DNA from: Deltaproteobacteria bacterium
GTDB lineage: Bacteria; Desulfobacterota; Deferrimicrobia; Deferrimicrobiales; Deferrimicrobiaceae
Direction: 5' to 3'
NCBI GenBank assembly: GCA_037439645.1
Contig: JBBIVQ010000003.1
Location: forward strand, 3,879 to 67,878
DNA: 64,000 nucleotides
The translations under genes and the position numbers were made by a program. The notes under the pieces were generated by a model, which saw nothing but the letters and a program-made list of their open reading frames with translations, was not told the DNA's origin and did no database searches. The first letter of the stretch is position 1. Each line of letters starts with the position of its first letter. Shown one piece after another: positions 58,129 to 64,000 of the stretch.

Positions 58129-59604
58129 CTATTCCGCGTCCTTCGCCTCGAGCTTGTAGCCGTCGATGTTCGGGGGGGCGTCGAAGAACACGACCATGAA
58201 CGGGATGGCTTTCCCCGGGCCGACGCTCATGTTCGCCAACCCTTCCCCGAACCGGTTTTCCAGGGTCTTCGACATGCTCTCCCGGCTTCCCTTGCGGATC
58301 GTTTCCCCGGACAGCGTGTTCCCGGCGTACACCGCCTGCCGTGCGATGACGGCGTCGGTGTTGTCCAGCAAGGTCGCGTGGACCCGGATGCCGTTCTTTT
58401 CCGTCTTCGAGAGATTCGCCACCTGCCCCTTGATCACGAGGATCCTCGGGGAGGCGTCGCCGCTTTCGTAGTATCCGATCACGTTCCGGAGGTCGTACTT
58501 CGGCGCGCCGACCGCGCCCGGTTTCCCTCCCAACAGCGCACCGATTCCGGGGGCCATTTTTTCGAGGGCGTTCCTCCCCGATGCGGTGAGTCCGAGATAT
58601 CCGCCGGCCGCGAGAAGGAACACGGCCGCCACCGCCACGGCTCGGCCCGGGGAAAACCGCGCGCGCGGCGGTTCCGGTTCCGGGGTCGTACGGTACGGCG
58701 TGGAGGCGGCGGGGGAAACGGGCGCGGGTTCCGATTCACGACCAGGTGCGATCCCGGCGGCGGGATGCGTGGGTTCCGGAACGTCCTTTCCCCGGAGCGA
58801 CTCCCCGGCGGATGCCGTTGAAGCCGGGTCCGCCGACGGAGAGGGGGACGCCGCGGGTTCCCGCGGGAAGAAGACCGGCTCGGAGGCCGGCGTGGCGGAG
58901 ATCTCCATGGAGATGTCCCCCACCCGTGGAGGCGCCTCCTGAACCGCGCCGCGATCCTGCTCCCGCAGGAAATCCAGCGTGTCCGAGTCGCTGATCAGGA
59001 ATCCCCCCTCTCCGACGGATTCCACGGGTGACGAGACGGCGGGCGCCTCTCCGAACGTGGGCATATCCGGAACCGGGGGGAGATCCAGTTTTTCCTCGGG
59101 ACCGAGGTCGAGGGTCAAGCCGCCGGGATCCTGTTCCGGCGTGGGCTCCGTTCCACCGAAAGGTTCCGCCGGCGCCGGCGCACCCGCTTCCGGCGAAGCG
59201 ATACTTTCGGCCGCCTTCTCAACGGGGGATGGAATGGAGGTTTCCCTGTCGGTTGCGAGGAACCGGTCGAACGCAAGGTCGACCTCGTCCTTTTCCGCCA
59301 CCGAAGCGTTCGGCCGGGACGGCGGAGGTTCCGGCCCGGGGGATGGCTCCGGCCCGGGCGGGGAGGGAAAGGGGATCAGGTTCCCGACCGGCGATGCGAC
59401 GGGGGGGCGATCCCCGGCAACCTCCCGCACCGCGGAACCGAGGTCGAAGAACCCGTCCGGGCCCGGAGCGGCGGGGGGCGCGGCGTCCTTGATCACGACG
59501 ATCCCGTTCCCGCATTTCCGGCATTTCACGCGCGCTCCCCTTCCCTTGATCCTGGACTCGTCGAGGCGGAACCGCGCGTGGCATGTCTGGCACTCGATGA
59601 TCAT
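58129..59604 (-). CDS. MJ0042-type zinc-finger protein with Pro-rich linker, TM helix and DUF3426-like C-terminal domain
   Basis: MIIECQTCHARFRLDESRIKGRGARVKCRKCGN zinc ribbon, a long Pro/Glu-rich disordered region, a TM helix (AVAVAAVFLLAAGGYLGL), and a C-terminal beta domain. Confidence 0.7.
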   Translation of the reverse strand: MIIECQTCHARFRLDESRIKGRGARVKCRKCGNGIVVIKDAAPPAAPGPDGFFDLGSAVREVAGDRPPVASPVGNLIPFPSPPGPEPSPGPEPPPSRPNASVAEKDEVDLAFDRFLATDRETSIPSPVEKAAESIASPEAGAPAPAEPFGGTEPTPEQDPGGLTLDLGPEEKLDLPPVPDMPTFGEAPAVSSPVESVGEGGFLISDSDTLDFLREQDRGAVQEAPPRVGDISMEISATPASEPVFFPREPAASPSPSADPASTASAGESLRGKDVPEPTHPAAGIAPGRESEPAPVSPAASTPYRTTPEPEPPRARFSPGRAVAVAAVFLLAAGGYLGLTASGRNALEKMAPGIGALLGGKPGAVGAPKYDLRNVIGYYESGDASPRILVIKGQVANLSKTEKNGIRVHATLLDNTDAVIARQAVYAGNTLSGETIRKGSRESMSKTLENRFGEGLANMSVGPGKAIPFMVVFFDAPPNIDGYKLEAKDAE

Positions 59605-59674
59605 TCCGGGCCTCCGGAAAATGGTGTGGCGCGACGTCGCGTTTCTCGAACTATAGGCAATTTCGCCGTGGGAC

Positions 59675-60433
59675 TCAAGCGGGGGATCCCGGGGCGGGCG
59701 GGGCGTGCCGCCGCGCGCCGAAGGCGCACAACACGATCCCGATCTCGAACAGCGCGTACAGGGGCAGCGCGATCATGACCTGGGACGCCGCGTCCGGGGG
59801 GGTGAGCACGGCGGCGAGGAGAAACGCTCCGAGGACACCGAACTTGCGCCCTTTTCTCAAGAGGTCCGGGGTTACGATCCCGCCGCGCCCCGCGAGGAAA
59901 AGGACGAGCGGAAGTTCGAACATCACGCCGAAGATCAGGAGGAGACGGAGGACGATGGAGAGCGAATCCCGCATCGACGGCATCGGGACCACGACCGACC
60001 GGCCGAACGACAGGAAGAAGGAGAGGATCGCCGGGATCGCGACGAGGTAGGCGAACGCCATCCCCGCGAGGAAGCCGACGGTGGACCAGGCGGCGAAGAC
60101 GAGGAAAAGCTTCCGTTCCTTCAGGTACAGGCCCGGGCTCACGAACCGCCATGCCTGGTAGATGATGACCGGGGATGCGAGCACGAATCCCCCCCAAAGG
60201 GACATCTTGAAGTACGTGAGGAACGCCTCCGTCAGTTCCGTGAAGATCATGTGCGAATCCGGGGGCAGGCTCGCCGTCAGGGGGGCAAGAAGGGCGGAGT
60301 AGATCCGCCCGGCGAAGTTGTAGCAGATGGCGGTGCCGATCGCGAGTGCGATCAGCGCCCGGATGATGCGGCGTCGCAATTCGTCGAGATGCTCGGTGAG
60401 CGGTTGGCGGATTTCTCCGTCGGAATTCGGCAA
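59675..60433 (-). CDS. tatC: Twin-arginine translocase subunit TatC
   Basis: LTEHLDELRRRIIRALIALAIGTAICYNF...: six TM helices of the TatC family. Confidence 0.9.
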   Translation of the reverse strand: MPNSDGEIRQPLTEHLDELRRRIIRALIALAIGTAICYNFAGRIYSALLAPLTASLPPDSHMIFTELTEAFLTYFKMSLWGGFVLASPVIIYQAWRFVSPGLYLKERKLFLVFAAWSTVGFLAGMAFAYLVAIPAILSFFLSFGRSVVVPMPSMRDSLSIVLRLLLIFGVMFELPLVLFLAGRGGIVTPDLLRKGRKFGVLGAFLLAAVLTPPDAASQVMIALPLYALFEIGIVLCAFGARRHAPPAPGSPA

Positions 60434-60439
60434 CCGGTG

Positions 60440-60868
60440 TCACCCCTGCGGGGGCGGCGGAGACGGCGATTTCCCGGATTCGGGACCCGGCGCGGCGTGC
60501 TCCGCTTCGCCGGGCGCCGTCGCCGGTGGGGCGGACGCCGGCGCGGGGGAATCCGGCGGGGCGTCGCCGGCGGGGGACGTCGCGGCGCCGGGGGTGCCCG
60601 ATCCGGGCGTGGCCGGCGCCTCGGGTCCGGTTGCGCCTCCGGGCGCCTTCCCGTACGCGGAAAGGTCCTCCGGGGGTTTCGGCGCTCCGGACTCCGATTC
60701 TTCCCTCACCGCGTCGTCGATCCCCTTCCGGACCTCCTCGGACGCCTTCTTGAACTCCGCGATCCCCTTCCCGAGGCTCTTTGCAAGGTCCGGGAGGCGC
60801 TTCGGTCCGAAGAAGATGAGTACAACGACCAGGATGATGAGCATCTCCTGGAAGCCGATTCCGAACAT
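60440..60868 (-). CDS. TatA/TatB-family protein (tatB position, upstream of tatC)
   Basis: MFGIGFQEMLIILVVVLIFFGPKRLPDLAKSLGKGIAEFKK plus a long Pro/Ala-rich tail. The start is at the internal ATG after a GGGGG RBS. Confidence 0.85.
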   Translation of the reverse strand: MFGIGFQEMLIILVVVLIFFGPKRLPDLAKSLGKGIAEFKKASEEVRKGIDDAVREESESGAPKPPEDLSAYGKAPGGATGPEAPATPGSGTPGAATSPAGDAPPDSPAPASAPPATAPGEAEHAAPGPESGKSPSPPPPQG

Positions 60869-60985
60869 TTTTACCCCCTTGCCCCTCGGCGGCACCCGCG
60901 GCGTGGTGCACGGAATTCCCGGTTCGCCACTTCCGGATACTATACCCCGGCTTGCCGGCGAATTCCATGGAGGGGGGCGATCTGT

Positions 60986-61013
60986 CCGATCGGATAAGCG
61001 GTTATCCGATCGG
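60986..61013. promoter_or_regulatory. Perfect 12-bp inverted repeat CCGATCGGATAA-gcgg-TTATCCGATCGG (candidate operator)
   Basis: Read directly from the sequence. It lies in the 270-nt divergent intergenic region between tatB (minus) and the acyl-CoA dehydratase activator (plus). Confidence 0.5.
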
Positions 61014-61141
61014 GCGGGGGCGGGGATCCGACGGCGGGCCGGCGGATTCGTAACCCACCGATTCGGCTACGATCCTAAAGGCGGCACGACCATTGTATGT
61101 TTCCCCCGGACAGGTTCCACATCCCCTTCGGAGGAGAGAGA

Positions 61142-64000
61142 CTTGTATCTCGGAATCGACGTCGGCTCGATCAGCATGAAATTTTCCCTGTTTCTGCCGG
61201 GGGATTCGGGGGACCTCTCCGCGGATCTGCTTCAAACGTTCCTCGATCCGGAAGGCGTGGCGTTGCCCGGCCTGGGGAAGGGGTACAACCTCTCGTACGA
61301 CCGTCTCCTCGGCGATCCGGTCCGGAAGGTCCCGGAGCGGCTGCGCCGATGGCTCGACGTGCTCGGCGGGGAGAAGGTGCGGGCGATCGCGGTCACCGGC
61401 CGGAGCGGCCGTCAACTCGCTCCGCTCATCGGAGCGACGTACGAAAACGACTTCCGTTGCCTCGTCAAGGCCGTCACGGCCACGGTTCCCGAGGTCCGCA
61501 CGATCTTCGAGATGGGCGGGGAGAACGCCAAGGTGATCCGCCTCGAAGCGTCGGGCGACGCGGGCCTCCTCTCCGTCAAGGATTACGATACGAACGGGGA
61601 CTGCGCCGCCGGCACGGGGTCGTTCATCGACCAGCAGGCTCACCGGATGAAGCTCCAGGTGGAGCAGGTCGGCGAGATGGTCGCGCACGCCGCGAGCAGC
61701 GCGAGGATCGCCGGCCGATGCTCCGTGTTCGCCAAGAGCGACATGATCCACGCCCAGCAGAAGGGATACGCCCCGGAGGAGATCCTCAAGGGGCTTTGCG
61801 ACGCGGTCGCGCGCAACTTCAAGAGCAGCATCAACAAGGGGAAGGATCCCGTTCCGAAGATCGCCCTGGTCGGCGGCCTGTTCGAGAACTCGGGGGTCGT
61901 CCGCGCGATCCGCGACGCCTTCGGATTTTCGGCGGACGACGTGGTGGTGCCGCGCGGGTTCGCCCACATGGGCGCCCTCGGGGCGGCGACGACCGCTTCG
62001 GAGCGGGTGTCCGGCGCCGGGGTCGCCGTGGGGGAGGGACCGGCCGCCGAAGAGCCCGAAACGCGCGCGTTCCCGGCGTGGCCGCCTCTCACGACGGAGA
62101 ACGTCGTCTTCCTGCGCGACCGGGTCCAGGCGCCCCCGCGGCCCGAAGGGCGGCCCGAGGTCTTCCTCGGGATCGACATCGGGTCGGTCTCCACGAACTT
62201 CGCCGTGACGGACCGGGACGGAAACCTTCTCAAGGAGATCTACGTCGGTACGCAGGGGCGGCCGGTGCAGGTGGTGACCGACGGATTGCGGGAACTGTGG
62301 GACGAGTTCGGCGATACGGTCTCGATCCGTGGGGTCGGAACGACCGGATCCGGCCGGGAGCTGATCGGGGAACTGGTGGGCGCCGACACGGTCCAGGACG
62401 AGATCACCGCGCACAAGACCGGTTCCACCTTCATCAGCCGGCGCTACTTCGACGCGCCGGTCGACACGATCTTCGAGATCGGGGGGCAGGACTCCAAGTT
62501 CATCGGCCTCGAAAACGGCGTGGTCACCGATTTCGCCATGAACGACGCGTGCGCCGCCGGGACCGGTTCGTTCCTCGAGGAGCAGGCGGAGCGCCTCGGG
62601 ATCCGGATCAAGGGGGAGTTCGCCGAGATGGCCCTCTCCTCCGACGCCCCCGTGCGCATGGGGGAGCGGTGCACCGTGTTCATGGAGCAGGACCTGAACA
62701 ACTATCTTTACCGGGGCGCCCGGAAGCAGGACCTCGTCGCCGGCCTCGCGTACTCGGTCGTCGCGAACTACCTCAACCGCGTGGTCCGCGGCCGGAAGAT
62801 CGGCGAGACGATCTACTTCCAGGGGGGGACGGCGTACAACGACGCGGTGGCCGCCGCCTTCTCCCAGGTGCTCGGACGCAAGATCATCGTGCCGCCGCAC
62901 AACGGTGTGATCGGGGCGATCGGCATGGCGCTGCTCGCGCGGGACAAGGTGGGGGCGACGAAGGAGGCCACGACGTTCCGCGGGTTCGACCTCTCGAAGG
63001 TGGACTACCGCCGGCGGGAGTTCGTCTGCAAGGGGTGCAGCAACTACTGCGACATGCAGGAGATCCGGATCGGCGACAGCCGCACCTACTGGGGCGACAA
63101 GTGCTCCGAGAAGTACCGCAAACCGGCCCGCACCGGGACGAAGCCGGTCATCGACGACCTGGTGACCCGCCGGATCGAGTGGCTCGACCGGGTGGTGGCC
63201 GAGACCCCGGAAAAAGGCCCGCGCGGGACCGTCGGCTTCCCGCGGGCGATGTATTTCCACGAGCGGTTCCCCTTCTGGAGGGGGGTCCTCGTCCGGATGG
63301 GATTCGGGGTGAAGGTCTCGCCGCGCACCGACAAGGCGATCGCCCGCGAGGGGTTCGAGCGGACCGTCGCCGAGCCGTGCTACCCGATCCAGGTGGCTCA
63401 CGGGCACGTGGGAGCGCTGCTCGCATCCGGCGTCGACTTCCTCTTCCTCCCGAACGTGATCAACGCGGAGACCGCCCACACCCACACGGCGTCGCAATTC
63501 TGCCCCTGGGGGCAGACGCTTCCGTTCGTCGTCGCCTCCGTTCCCAAGTGGGAGAAGGAACTGCGTCAGAAGCTGCTCTCGCCGACCGTCCGCTTCCGCG
63601 ACGGCGAGAAACACATGGTGGAGGACCTGTTCGACTGCTTCGGCCCGCTGGGCGTCTCCCGGAAGGAGATCCGGGAGGGGATCCGCGACGGATACCGGGA
63701 GCAGGCGGATTTCGGCCGCTTCCTCCAGGTTGCGGGCGCCGATGCGGTCGAGCGGATCGAAAAGGCGGGCGCCGATGCGATCGTCCTTCTGGGCCGTCCG
63801 TACAACCTGTACGACCGGGACGTGAACCTGAACATCCCGGCGAAGCTGCGGGACCAGTACGGCGGCAACGTCGTCCCGATCGACTTCCTCCCCGTCGACG
63901 GCATCGACATCCGCGACGTGAACGACAACATGTTCTGGAATTACGGGCGCAAGATCCTCGCCGCGGCGAAGTGGTGCCGGGAACGGCCGAAGTTCCACGC
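61142..64000 (+). CDS. Long-form CoA-substrate-specific enzyme activase (BadF/BadG/BcrA/BcrD ATPase domains fused to a dehydratase-like domain); C-terminus beyond the window
   Basis: Own translation from the TTG after GGAGGAGAGAGAC gives LYLGIDVGSISMK...VFLGIDIGSVSTNF... (two acetate/sugar-kinase-type ATPase N-motifs), ...DACAAGTGSFLEE..., ...CKGCSNYCDMQ.... It is absent from the ORF track because no stop occurs before the window end. The 998-aa minus-strand ORF opposite it is shadow. Confidence 0.8.

Noticed and set aside
61002-63998. 998-aa minus-strand ORF
   Set aside because: It is antisense to a clearly homologous CoA-enzyme activase reading frame on the plus strand.
1-64000. tRNA, rRNA, ncRNA genes, transposases, integrases, phage or defence-system genes
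   Set aside because: No cloverleaf-like or rRNA-like segments noticed in the intergenic regions, and none of the translated ORFs resembles a transposase, integrase, restriction enzyme, Cas protein or toxin-antitoxin. Only the small repeat family hints at mobile DNA.

Overview
This is a 64-kb, roughly 70% GC, gene-dense stretch of bacterial chromosome, mostly core genome. One synteny block (recA-pilT-recX-alaS, tatBC, BamD) is, from memory, like Geobacter and other Desulfuromonadota-type deltaproteobacteria; that lineage guess is unverified. About 55 protein-coding genes were called; no tRNA, rRNA, CRISPR array or obvious transposase/integrase was seen. All calls come from reading the ORF translations against remembered protein families; no searches were run. 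Conserved blocks: proB-obg-rpmA-rplU (minus strand), an FAD oxidoreductase, radC-plsC-rnj-ftsK-lolA-rimO-dksA, mltG-ruvX, pgpA-cinA(C)-thpR-recA-pilT-recX-alaS, a TPR protein plus BamD, a NarL-type two-component pair, livKHMGF, pepA, hisG, archaeal-type aroA'/aroB', tatA, and tatBC. The window ends in a long-form acyl-CoA dehydratase activator. Less ordinary content: (1) a 10-gene translationally coupled minus-strand cluster MoxR-DUF58-transglutaminase-secreted proteins-giant TPR-TPR lipoprotein-small protein-TonB(C-terminal)-HEAT, followed by yifB/comM; (2) a mosaic family of small dispersed repeats (a ~75-nt structured module 'A' and a 23-nt tandem module 'B') at four loci, one of which supplies the C-terminal tail of plsC; (3) an MshEN(c-di-GMP-binding)-PilT fusion ATPase, an HD-GYP phosphodiesterase, and four secreted or periplasmic HEAT-repeat proteins; (4) a perfect 12-bp inverted repeat in the tatB/activase divergent promoter region. 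Because of the GC content, every frame carries long shadow ORFs; these were rejected.
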